Assembly (NCBI RefSeq): GCF_016433145.1
Contig: NC_058130.1
Coordinates: forward strand, 53,610,355 to 53,674,354
DNA from: Gracilinanus agilis
Taxonomy: Eukaryota
Length of the DNA: 64,000 bases
Reading direction: 5' to 3'
The position numbers and the translations under genes are program-made. Within the stretch, counting starts at the first letter, position 1, and each line of letters starts with the position of its first letter. The notes under the pieces were generated by a model that did no database searches, was not told the origin of the DNA, and was given only the letters and a program-made list of their open reading frames with translations. Shown here piece after piece: positions 39,103 through 51,081 of the stretch.

Positions 39103-39299
39103 CAAGTCATTTAACCCCCATTGCCTAACCCTTACTGCTTTCCTGCCTTGGAACCAAAGCATAGTATTGATTCTAAGACAGAAAGAAGGATTTAGAAAAA
39201 AAAAGAAAGATCATACCAGAGAAATGAACCAACCAGCTCATTGAGGGGTATGCCTGGATACCCTTAATACTTTATTTCATATTTATTTATTTGTTTGTT

Positions 39300-39502
39300 T
39301 GTTTTTTTAAACCCTTACCTTCCATCTTGGAGTCAATACTGTGTATTGGCTCCAAGGCAGAAGAGTGGTAAGGGCTAGCAATGGGGGTCAAGTGACTTGC
39401 CCAGGGTCACACAGCTAGGAAGTATATGAGGTCAGATTTGAACCCAGGGCCTCCCAGACTCTAGGCCTGGCTCTCAATCTACTGAGCTACCCAGCTGCCC
39501 CC
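39300..39502 (-). mobile_element. SINE1_Mdo-like SINE
   Basis: Full-length reverse copy ending cagctgccccc. Confidence 0.82.
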
Positions 39503-40309
39503 TTTATTTCATATTTTAAAAAGTTTGTGGTCCCTGCAAATTATACCAGGTTGCCATGTTCCTCAGAACACAGTATGTTTTGCACCAGCAACATGAAGGG
39601 TTATATGGGTGCCATCTTCACTGAGACAATCTCACCAACAGTAGTAAGCTATTTTTTGCCTTAGAGGATTCCACGACTTGTGAGTCTCAAACTTATACAA
39701 GACTTTAAGGCATTGGCTTAGACTGACCATTTTCTTCCCTCTACCTTCCCAAACACAGGAAAAAACACTCTTGTTCCTTTAAAACTGCTGCAGGGGATGC
39801 ATCTAGCAGGATATGTTATTCAGGAGACTCAATGGAAGTTATGTCTCCAGCTTCTGAAAAACTGTGCCTTAGATTTTTTAGATAAGGTTGCCTTTTTTTT
39901 TTTTTTTGGTCTGAATTTGCCTGTCACTTGACTACAGTGATGATGAATGAGGATTCAGCATTAATCTCTGCCTTGTTTTAATGTAGTAAATGTTTATTGA
40001 TTTTTCAGTTACGCATAGAAACAATTTTTGACAACTTTTTTTATATTTTAAAATTCAGATTTTCTCCCTCTCTCCCACTTAGGTGGCAAGTAATCGGATA
40101 TAGGTTATATCTGTACTTTCATGTAATACATATTTCCATATTCAGCAAATATTTATTAAGCAATTGTTATGTGAAGGCACTGTGTACTAGACTGGGGATA
40201 TAAAGATGAAAAGGAAATAGTTTCTGTCCTTGTGGAGCTGGCATTCTTTTTTTCTTTAGGAGCTTACATTCTTCTTATTCAGATGAGTAAATATAAAATA
40301 AATCAAAAT

Positions 40310-40520
40310 AGGGGGCAGCTGGGTGGCTCAGTAGATTAAGAGCCAGGCCTAGAGATAGGAGGTCCTGGGTTCAAATCTGGTCTCAGACATTTCCTAGCTG
40401 GGTGACCCTGAGCAAGTCACTTAATCCCCATTGCTCAGCCCTTATTGCTCTTCTGCCTTGGAACCAACACACAGTATTGATTCTAAGATGGAAAGTAAGG
40501 GTTTAAAAACAACAACAAAA
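40310..40520 (+). mobile_element. SINE1_Mdo-like SINE
   Basis: gggggcagctgggtggctcag head and consensus body. Confidence 0.8.
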
Positions 40521-41049
40521 AGAAATAACATGACTGTCATTACTCTTCTGTCTTGGAATCAATAGAGTATTGATTCCAAGATAGAAGGTAAGGTTTAAAT
40601 AATAATAATAATAAATCAAAGTAATTTAGGGAGGAAGCCCCAACAACTGGGAGGAATCAGGAAAAATCTTGTTTAAGAGGTGGCACCTGAGCTGAGTCTT
40701 AAAAGGAGCTAGAGATTCCAAGAGGTGGAGATGAGGAGGGAGAGGATTCCAGGCATGGAGCACAGCCTGTACAAAGACCAGAAATAGAATGGCATGCATG
40801 AGAAATTGTAGAAGTTAATTTGACTAAAATAAAAAGGGGAAAGAGAAATCAGACAGGAAAGACAAATTAGATCCAGATTGAAAGGACTTGAAATGACAGA
40901 GGGGTTGAATTTCATCCTGGTAATAGGAAGCCACTACTCCCTACTACTAGGGAAGTCATTTCTTGAGTGATATAGTCATTTCTATGCTTTGGTTGTGTTT
41001 TTCATTAAAAAAAAAAAAAAAAAAAACCTTGTGTTTTTTTTAAATTTCA

Positions 41050-41800
41050 ATTCTCTTTTTCTGGTGACAAAGAATTGGAAACTGAGGGGATATTCATCAG
41101 TTGAGGAATGGCTAAACAAGCTGTGGTATATGATTGTAATGGAATACTACTGTGCTATAAAAAATGATGAGCAAAATGATTTAAGAAAAAACCTGGAAAA
41201 TGATGAAATTGAAATAGGAGAACCAGGAGAACATTGTAAACAACAACAGCAATATTATATGAAGAACATTTTTGAATGGCTTAGCTATTCTTAGCAATAC
41301 AGTGATCCAAGACAATCTTTGAGGACTCCTGATGAAAAATGCTGTCTACTTCCAGAGAAAGAACTGCTGGAGTCTGAATGCAAACCTAAATATACTATAT
41401 TACTTAATTTCTTCATTTTTCTTTTGTTTGCTTGAGTTCTCTTTCATGAAATTACTAATATATATGTTTTATACTATCACACATATAAAATCTATATCAC
41501 AGTGGTTCCCAAACTTTTTTGGTCTACCACCCCCTTTCCAGAAAAAATATTACTTAGTGCCCCCTGGAAATTATGAAACTATTTATTGAACTCAGAATAG
41601 AATGTAATACAAAAAAAAGTGTGGCCATCACCACTTCTCCTGGATCACTGCAGCACCCACCAGGGGGCAGTGGTGCCCACTTTGGGAATCACTGCTATAT
41701 CAGATTGCTGTCTCAGGGAAGGGGGAGAGGAGGAAGGGAATTTGGCTCAAACTGAATTTGATTTGAATTTGAGAATTTTTTATTTAAAAAAATTTTTCCA
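41050..41800 (+). mobile_element. L1 3' end, interrupted by a hAT MITE
   Basis: KNWKLRGYSSVEEWLNKLWYMIVMEYYCAIKNDE (L1 ORF2 C-terminus) in ORF 40989-41294. Confidence 0.75.
41500..41694 (+). mobile_element. hAT MITE (copy 5, interior type A)
   Basis: TIRs present; perfect 8-bp TSD CTATATCA; near-identical to 12394-12594. Confidence 0.9.
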
Positions 41801-43069
41801 TGGTTGTATGATTCCTTTTCTTTCCCTCCTCTCTTCCTTCCTCCCCCCTCCCCCAGCTGATAAGCAATTCCACATGTATTATCACTCAATATCTACTTCT
41901 ATATTTGAATTTGAAAATTTGACTCAAACTTTTAAAAATGGTTATAAGAACTATTCATGTAATTGAGGAAAAATGAAATACATTTTTTAAAGTAATATAA
42001 ATTTGGGGGCAGCAAGGTGATTCAGGGGATACAGAGAGCTGGAGATAGGAGGTCTTGGGTTCAATCCTTACCTCTAGCTTCCTAGCTATGTGACCCTGGG
42101 CAAGTTGCTTATCCCCAATAGCCTAGCCCTTAACTGTAATTCTGCCTTGGATCTGCTATTTAGTATTGATTTTAAAGCAGAAGGTATATCAATTTGGCAG
42201 CAAGGTGGAGGATGGATTGACTAGGAGAGAGAGATGATGCAGAAAGACCAGTTAGGGCACTACTGAAATACTCCAGGCAAGAGTTCCTGAACTAGTGAGG
42301 CAAGTATGTAAATGGGAAGAAGAAGACAGATGTGAAATATTGAGGAGACAGAACTGGTGTGAAAGGTAAGAGTAAACATCGGTGGCCTTAAACAGAAATA
42401 AGGAAGTTTGGAGAAGGGGCAGATTTATAGGAGACAGCCTGGTTTTTTTTTAAATGAATTCTGAGTATGTAAATCTAAGATTAAACAGGATCCCTGAAAC
42501 TCTGGGAGTTGATGACTTCCCTAAAAGAAAGACTGTAGAAAAGAGGATCTGAGAGCAGGCTTTGGGTTGCCCCTTTGTGAGGGGACACAACATGAAGCCA
42601 TTTTCTAGCTGCTAAAGTGAATTTCTAAAAATCTGGGTTTAGGGGACAGCGAGGTGGCACAGGGGAGAGTTTAAATTTGACCTCAGACACTTTGTAGCTG
42701 TGTGACCCCAGGCAAAATTACTTAATCCCATTTGCCTAGCCCTAGCCAAGTCATAAGCATCTTTCCCTTCTGGGTAAAAAAACGGGCAGCCTCAGTCCAG
42801 ATTCCTTTAGGTGCAGACAGAACCAGAACCCACAGAAAAAGTAACTCCAGAGATATAGCTCCCCTCACTAACGAATCCACAATCAATTATCCTAATCCTA
42901 CATCCTGGTGCCCATGGACAGCCCATGCCTTTATCCTGACACCCCATTGTTGTTAGAGGAGTTCTGAGGCAGCAGCCACAGAGATTCATTCTTTGTTCTT
43001 TCTTTTTTCAAAGCTCATCGTGGCCACATTGTCCAGCCTGAGCAGACATTCTCAGAAATGGAACCTTAA

Positions 43070-43278
43070 GGGGGCAGCTGGGTAGCTCAGTGGATTGAGA
43101 GTCAGGCCTAGAGACGGAAGGTCCTAGGTTCAAATCTGACCTCAGACACTTCCTAGCTGTGTGACCCTGGGCAAGTCACTTGACCCCCATTGCCCACCCT
43201 TACCACTCTTCCACCAAGGATCCAATACACAGAAGTTAAGGGTTTAAAAAAAAAAAAAAAGAAAAAAGAAAGAAAGAA
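43070..43278 (+). mobile_element. Young SINE1_Mdo-like SINE
   Basis: Near-consensus body and long A-rich tail. Confidence 0.85.
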
Positions 43279-43284
43279 ATGGAG

Positions 43285-43680
43285 CCTGGCAGGTAAAAAC
43301 TCACTTCTGTCACATTCTTCACCTTCTGGGAAACAATATAAGCATCAGTTGTAGCTCCTGAGTTTGCTACAGCAATCACACTGTGAAAAACCTTAAAAGA
43401 TGGAGCGATTGGTTCCATAAAACCACTGGATTCCTCTGGGACACCCCAGCACTGTCCAACAGATCCAATCAACCTCCAATTTTGAAAAATCTGACATTGT
43501 TCATGGGCAGTGCCAAAAGCATGCATGCTAAGAGAAATATATAAATATTGGGGTCCTTTACCCATGTTGTATATAATTATAGAGAGAAAGAACAGGTGGA
43601 GCAAGTGTATATAGAGCAATTCTGTTGAAATGTTGATTTTTTAAAAATTTAAGTGAAAGCCATACCACCGATGAACCTCT
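43285..43680 (-). mobile_element. Ancient non-LTR retrotransposon RT fragment (RTE-like)
   Basis: HLFFLSIII...PQYLYISLSMHAFGTA...GVPEE...KVFHS...NSGATTDAYIVSQKVK aligns loosely with the RTE RT pattern HIFTLRIII...PLY..FID..KAFD.V...G.PEK...LFH...NG.TSDAF.V..GVKQG. Confidence 0.5.
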
Positions 43681-44339
43681 CAAGAGATTTTTAATTGTAG
43701 AATCACTTATAAAAATGCATCTAGCAAAAAGCATAAGGAAACCGAGGTCCCTAGGGTCCATGAGGACTTTAATTTGGCTTGAGATGAGGGCGGTATCCAT
43801 AAATGATGGTGGTGGCACACAGTGTTACTTGCTCAAATTCAATGTAGGATGAGAGGCTTTATTTCCATTCTAGAGATCTGAATTCAGATCTCTGCTCTGC
43901 TAACTTCCCCTCCCCTCTGACTCAGGAAAATGAAGATGTTGATCTAGAACGGTTCAGTCCAATTCTAAATCTTAAGACTTATCCATTCTTGCCTTTATCT
44001 TTTTAAAATAAACCCTAATCTTCCACCTTGGAATTGATACCAAGTACTGGTTCCCAGGGCTAGACAATGGGGGTTAGATGACTTGCCCAGGGTCACACAG
44101 TTAGGAAGTATCTGAGGACGTATTTGAACCCAGGATCTCCGGTCTCCAGACCTGGCTCTGGCTCCACTGAGCCACCTAAGCTGCCCTCCCGTCCTTTTCT
44201 TTGTCTCCTGTCCCCCATCTTCCACTCCCGAAAGTGAATAAACTGTCAAAGCCAGAAATTATTTTGTGCTTGAACGAAGATTTCTGTTAGCTCAGTTTCC
44301 CTCAGCTCCAGAGCAAACATTATCAGCCTCATCCCCAAA

Positions 44340-44830
44340 TCCACTTGCGAGCACCCGGAAGGCTAAGGATGACTCAGGCACAAGTTACGACCATAGAGTC
44401 GGTCTTCCAAACACCTAGAGAGACCGGAAGTTCCCCCCCCTGCAGGGAGGCGGAAGTGCTTGAGGAACTGGACTCGGCTCTCGCTCGGCTGTATTCGGCA
44501 GGACTCGGCTCCGGCTCGGCTCTGTTCGGCCGGGCTCGGCTGAGGAGGCCCGTTGAACTAGGGCGGCTCGGGTGGGCAACCTAGCTTTCACGCAAGCTTT
44601 CCGGGCCTCAGCTCGGACTTGAGACGATGGCGTCTCGCGCGGGGCCCCGGGCGGCTGGCACTGACGGCAGCGACTATCGGCACCGGGAGCGCGTGGCCTC
44701 GCACTACCAGATGAGGTAGGGGAGAGGCACCTTCTCGCCGCACCGCGCCCCCCCCCCCCCGTGGTCTTCCTGGGGTCCGGAGTGGGGGAGGGGAGAGACC
44801 CGTCTGCATCTGGGAACCTGCCTCGAGCTC
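44340..44830 (+). promoter_or_regulatory. JAGN1 CpG-island promoter with three ETS (GABP/ELK-type) sites
   Basis: CCGGAAG at 44355, CCGGAAGT at 44424-44431, GCGGAAGTG at 44450-44458; CpG-rich. Confidence 0.75.
44627..44715 (+). CDS. JAGN1: JAGN1 (jagunal homolog 1) coding exon 1
   Basis: [29 protein letters not shown] + AG|GTAGGG; close to the recalled human N-terminus. Confidence 0.97.
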
Positions 44831-45760
44831 CTCCCCCTTGGAGGCGGATCCCTTTGGACACCCAGAGTCCCCCTCCATTCATCCTGTGCCCGTTTTAAAA
44901 GTCACCCCTGGCCATCTTCCCCCGTTCAAACACGTGACCTCTGACCCATACTTGGGTTTCCCCCTCCCCCCCATCCATTAGACCCAGACTGCCGTCTCTC
45001 CATTCATTCCCCTAAAACCCATTAAACTCCAGGTCAGTGTTAGCTGCAAACAACCTCCCCCCCTTCTCCCCCTCCCTTACAGTCTAAAAGAGAAGGCAAG
45101 ATGTGGTGCTTTCCAAAGGCCCCCCTCTCCCAATTAATTGATCCTCTAATTATCATCAGCCAGCATTTATTAAATACCTGCCATTCACCAGGCCTTGGGT
45201 TAGTCACTGGAGATGAAAATACACAGAAGGAAACAGATCCTACCTCAAGGAGTTTACATTCCATTAGGGAAGTGGAGGTTTCCTAACAGATTGGCACCAC
45301 CTACTTATTCCCAGGCATAGTAAAGCCTTACCTCTCTGAAGTTCCATCTAATGACCCATCCAAACCTGACCCTTAGATTCTTTAAACTCTTACCTTCTGT
45401 CTTAGAATCAATACTTTGCATTGTTTCCAAGGCAGAAGAGCCCTAAGGGCTGGGCAGTGGGGGTTAAGTGACTTACCCTGGGTCACACAGCTAAGAAGTG
45501 TCCAGGCCAGATTTGAACCCAGGTCTCTGGACCTGGCTCAATGTATAGGATAAGCATGCCACTGCAGACCTCCCAGTCTTGCTTCTACATCTCTTCCCTA
45601 GTTTCATTCTCACCCAAGCATAAAGTTGAAATACAGAATCAGGAGGAAAATAAAAACTGTGAAGACAAGTTTATATATTAGGCAAAGAGCCTTTCCCCAA
45701 GTGGGATCTCAGCATCCACTGATACTAAATACACCCTTCTTCCTTTGCTCTGTCCCACAG

Positions 45761-46223
45761 TGTTACGTTCAAGACTGAGATTAAGAGGCTGATCTACATT
45801 CATATAGGCCTGTGGCTCCTGTTAGCTGCCCAGATGTGTGTGGGGCATCTGAAGCTCCTGTCATATGATCAAGTTGCTATGCCCTACCAATGGGAATACC
45901 CCTACCTGCTGAGCATCGTGCCCTCTGGCTTTGGCCTACTCTCATTCCCCCGAAACAACATAAGCTATTTGGTGCTCTCCATGATCAGCACTGGGCTTTT
46001 CTCCATTGCCCCTCTTATCTATGGCACCATGGAGATGTTTCCTGCCGCACAGCAGCTATACCTCCATGGCAAGGCATACCGAGTCATCTTTGGCATTTCT
46101 GCTGTCGCTGTTATGTACCTGGTGCTGGTAGTAGCTGTCCAGGTGCATGCTTGGCAGCTCTACTACAGTAAGAAACTACTGGACTCTTGGTTCACCAGTA
46201 CACAAGAGAAGAAGCGTAAATGA
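45761..46223 (+). CDS. JAGN1: JAGN1 coding exon 2 (first copy)
   Basis: cccacAG acceptor; (S)[14 protein letters not shown]...[11 protein letters not shown]...[12 protein letters not shown]. With exon 1 the total is 552 nt = 183 aa; C-terminal dilysine ER-retrieval motif. Confidence 0.97.
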
Positions 46224-49200
46224 GGATTGTCATATGGACTATGGGCTGTAATTGGGGTTGGGGCTGGGGGAGGGGAGAGGGGATGCTGGCCCTCAAATTG
46301 AGAAGAGAGGGAGGGTAGAGGGACTGGTCCTGAAATATTCTCCACGCCACTGGCCTAATACGGTTGACAGCTGGTGCACATGAAGCTAAAATTCCAGAAA
46401 ACCTTTTTGAAAACTGCATTTGAAAGGCTGTGTTGATGTAGGGCTGGGAGTTGGATGGGGCTCCCTTTGATCAGGATTGGATGATCCAATGCTGTGGCTT
46501 GAGCCCCTGGGGTTTTGGCTTTTCTGGATTCCTTTTAGAGATGGATTATCCTTTTCTTCTCCTATCTGTCATCCATTTTACTCCTTTCCATCCCTCAACT
46601 CCTTTCCTATAGCCATGAAAACAAGCAGAGACTAAGCAGAAGCTGGTCATGAATCAGATAACACACTTTTTGGGAAGGAAATATCTGTAGGCTCTGGTCT
46701 CTGACTCCAAGAAGCATGGCTCAAAAAAGGAACTCAATAAAATTCAACCATTACCTGACTTCCTTGTGCTTTGTATTTGATGTCATTTGGAGTAACATGA
46801 AGTACACATTCCCAAAATTGTTCTTAGAAATGGGTGAAATGAAGAAAAACAAACTGGAAATAATAGAAACCTGTTGTTGGGTGTACAATCCTCTTTTATG
46901 CCCTACTGTTTATATAGGAATAGTTCTAAATAAAAAGGGGAAAAAATGCATGAGATCTTGAAAAATAAGCCAGTGTGATATAATAGGGAACTGGAAATAG
47001 GGAAGCCTGGTACCTTGTCTCCAAGCCCTGCTGCTGACTTCCTGTGTCACCATGGGAACAAGTGCTTTAATCTCTTGACATCTGAAATACAGGAGATTTC
47101 AATTCAGAATATTGGGGAAAAAATAGCAGCTTGCATTTATTTAGTGCTAAAAGGTTTTCAGAGTGCCTTTCATCCACAATCTCATTTGAGATTTGAAGTG
47201 TTTTTAATGGAATATTTTGGTTAATCAGCTGCCATTTGGGGGGCACCTACTTTGTGCTCATCACTGGGCTGTGATGTTAACAGGACAAAGTAACTGATAA
47301 AGTCTTGAGGCGAGCTTACCATCCAGTGGAGCAGATGAAATTAACACGAAATTAGTTGAGACAACATTAATTGTGCTGTCCAGACCATAATGATGAGAAC
47401 TAGAGAAGGGTGGAGTCAGCACACCTCAGCCAAGGTTGCTTACCCAGGTCTTAGAGGGAGGTGGTAGCATGAAAGGGAAGGGGAGGGAATTCCAGGTGGT
47501 TATTTGTTACAAAAAGAAATGTATGTATAATCATATGTATTGTAAAATTTTTAAAAATGAAAATGCAGTTAAAATGCACAATGCTAGCTATGACAACCTT
47601 TTTTGCATTTAGAAAGTACTTCAGGTTCTTGGACTGTAAAGCTTTATGAACAAAGTATTGTACAGTACTTTGGGGAAAAGAAACTAGTTTTTTTTTGAGC
47701 ATTCCAATGGTTTGGGAATGAATAGGGAATTGAGAATTAAAAGAGTTATTACCTAATTGAAAGACATGATTTTAAAAATATTTTATTGATGCATTCTGTT
47801 CTACCTCAGTTATTACCTAATTGCCTTCCCTAAGTAGAAGCCTCCTTTATAACAGACGTTACTCCTATTAATCAAGTGAATAATGATCAAACATCACAGA
47901 ACATATTTCAAAAGCAAAATGGCAGATTACTTGTCACCCTTAGTTAATTCAGTCTTAGCAAAAGATGGAGATCCATCCTATGGAGGTGACTAGGAGCTGG
48001 GTCTGTGCTGAGATTTCTTAAACTTAAGTCTTCTAAGACTTGGGTGCCTTCCAGAAGATCAGAGTTAAAGGCTCTGCTTAGATGAATGGGACCAGTGTCA
48101 AAGTGATAGACACTAGGCAAACTTTTCCCTTCGCATTCAATGTGGCTGCTCTTAGATCTCATGAAAGCTGATGGTCAGAGAGTTGCTATTTCGGGATCTG
48201 GTATGATTGTAGAGGAGAGGCTTGGGGCCCTCCTAATTCCTTCTTGGACAGATCATACATGGGTCGAGGACCTGGGCTTGATCTCTAAGTAAAAGTGAGA
48301 GTATGAAATCTGGACCTTTTGATTATGACATAAAGAGGCACCATCTTTGAAAGGGGAACCAGCTCACTACTGAGTTCCTATAGAGACAGTCTTTCTCCTC
48401 CCTGAGAAAGCATTCTCCTAACTGTAAAGCCTTGGTTGCAGGTGGCTGGTTCATGCAATGGAGAGACCCCCAGGCCTAGAGTCAGGAAGATCTGAGTTCA
48501 AATGTGGCCTCTTACTTACTATCTCTGTGACCTTGGGCAAATCACTTACCCTTGTTTGCCTCAGTTTCCTCAACTGTAAAACAGGGATAACAGCCACACC
48601 TGCCTCTCAGGGTTATGGTGAAAATCAAATGAAATAGTATTTATGGAGTGCTTAGCCCAGTGCCTGGTCCTTAATGGGTGATAACAAATGTTCATTCCCT
48701 TCCTTTCCTTCCTCCTCTTTACTGACACCTACCAACAATCCCTGCTATTGTATAAAAGTCATAGTTGCCTGTGCTCCACCCAGATATCCACCCTTTTTCT
48801 CTTGTCTTCACTCCTTCCATTTATGGGCAACAGCCAAATCTAGTTGCTTATTAATGCTTCAAGACCTCCAACACCATTCATTCCTAGCTGTCTTCCCCAT
48901 TTCTGAGCCCAGGGGATAGGGACCCCAAACTCCTCCATCAGAGCAGCCGGCCTTCATTAAATCATTCAACAAGCATTTATCATATGTCAGGCACTGCTTG
49001 GTACTGATGATCATCAGGGGTTGAGGGGTGAAGCCATAGGACTGGAGATCCTAGAATTTAGAATCCAGAAGTCCAAGTTCCCTGGTTTTACAGCTGAGGA
49101 AAGGGATGCCCAGAGCCAGAAAATGACAAGTCTCGGAGGTCATTTGCTGGAAAGTAGCAGAAACCTGGTCAGGTGTTGGTGGGGAGAGCGCCAAGCCTGG

Positions 49201-50618
49201 AGTTATAAAGACTCATCCTCCCTATTCATATCTAACCTCAGATACTAACTAGCTGTGTGACCCTGGACGAGTCACTTTACCTTGCTTGCCTCAGTTTCCT
49301 CATCTGTAAAATGAACTGGAGAAGGGAATGGCCAACCCCTCTGGTATCTGCCGAGAAAACTCCAAATGGAGTCCCAAGGAATGGGACACGAGGGAACAAC
49401 AAAGCACAAACGAGATTTGGACCCCAATGACCCTGGTCTAGATCGAGGGCTCTTGCACCACTCCGCCCCAAGTTTCTCTGTTCTCTCAGCCGCCTCAGCA
49501 GACTCCCCATCCTCTCAGGATGATAGACAGCCCGGTAAATGTCCCCAGACTGTGAAAGGTGGAGGCCAAGAGCGCGTGAATGGGGCGCGTGAATGAGGCC
49601 CTCGAAGGAGGAAGCTGTGGGGCGGCAGGGTCCCCACACACGATGGAACCTTGTCGGCCCCCCACCTTTNGGAACCTGCCTCGAGCTCCTCCCCCTTGGA
49701 GGCGGATCCCTTTGGACACCCAGAGTCCCCCTCCATTCATCCTGTGCCCGTTTTAAAAGTCACCCCTGGCCATCTTCCCCCGTTCAAACACGTGACCTCT
49801 GACCCATACTTGGGTTTCCCCCTCCCCCCCATCCATTAGACCCAGACTGCCGTCTCTCCATTCATTCCCCTAAAACCCATTAAACTCCAGGTCAGTGTTA
49901 GCTGCAAACAACCTCCCCCCCTTCTCCCCCTCCCTTACAGTCTAAAAGAGAAGGCAAGATGTGGTGCTTTCCAAAGGCCCCCCTCTCCCAATTAATTGAT
50001 CCTCTAATTATCATCAGCCAGCATTTATTAAATACCTGCCATTCACCAGGCCTTGGGTTAGTCACTGGAGATGAAAATACACAGAAGGAAACAGATCCTA
50101 CCTCAAGGAGTTTACATTCCATTAGGGAAGTGGAGGTTTCCTAACAGATTGGCACCACCTACTTATTCCCAGGCATAGTAAAGCCTTACCTCTCTGAAGT
50201 TCCATCTAATGACCCATCCAAACCTGACCCTTAGATTCTTTAAACTCTTACCTTCTGTCTTAGAATCAATACTTTGCATTGTTTCCAAGGCAGAAGAGCC
50301 CTAAGGGCTGGGCAGTGGGGGTTAAGTGACTTACCCTGGGTCACACAGCTAAGAAGTGTCCAGGCCAGATTTGAACCCAGGTCTCTGGACCTGGCTCAAT
50401 GTATAGGATAAGCATGCCACTGCAGACCTCCCAGTCTTGCTTCTACATCTCTTCCCTAGTTTCATTCTCACCCAAGCATAAAGTTGAAATACAGAATCAG
50501 GAGGAAAATAAAAACTGTGAAGACAAGTTTATATATTAGGCAAAGAGCCTTTCCCCAAGTGGGATCTCAGCATCCACTGATACTAAATACACCCTTCTTC
50601 CTTTGCTCTGTCCCACAG

Positions 50619-51081
50619 TGTTACGTTCAAGACTGAGATTAAGAGGCTGATCTACATTCATATAGGCCTGTGGCTCCTGTTAGCTGCCCAGATGTGTGTG
50701 GGGCATCTGAAGCTCCTGTCATATGATCAAGTTGCTATGCCCTACCAATGGGAATACCCCTACCTGCTGAGCATCGTGCCCTCTGGCTTTGGCCTACTCT
50801 CATTCCCCCGAAACAACATAAGCTATTTGGTGCTCTCCATGATCAGCACTGGGCTTTTCTCCATTGCCCCTCTTATCTATGGCACCATGGAGATGTTTCC
50901 TGCCGCACAGCAGCTATACCTCCATGGCAAGGCATACCGAGTCATCTTTGGCATTTCTGCTGTCGCTGTTATGTACCTGGTGCTGGTAGTAGCTGTCCAG
51001 GTGCATGCTTGGCAGCTCTACTACAGTAAGAAACTACTGGACTCTTGGTTCACCAGTACACAAGAGAAGAAGCGTAAATGA
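50619..51081 (+). CDS. JAGN1: Duplicate copy of JAGN1 exon 2 with no exon 1 of its own; probably an assembly artefact
   Basis: Same acceptor and the same translation in the ORF track as 45761-46223; lies inside the duplicated segment. Confidence 0.45.

Noticed and set aside
38610-39162. 156-aa ORF and overlapping ORFs
   Set aside because: They are inside a solo LTR bounded by a TSD, with no gag/pol/env motifs.
43380-43830. Endogenous RNA-virus (borna/filovirus) or Penelope GIY-YIG remnant
   Set aside because: Only a few residues matched remembered motifs. The minus-strand non-LTR RT reading explains more of the sequence.
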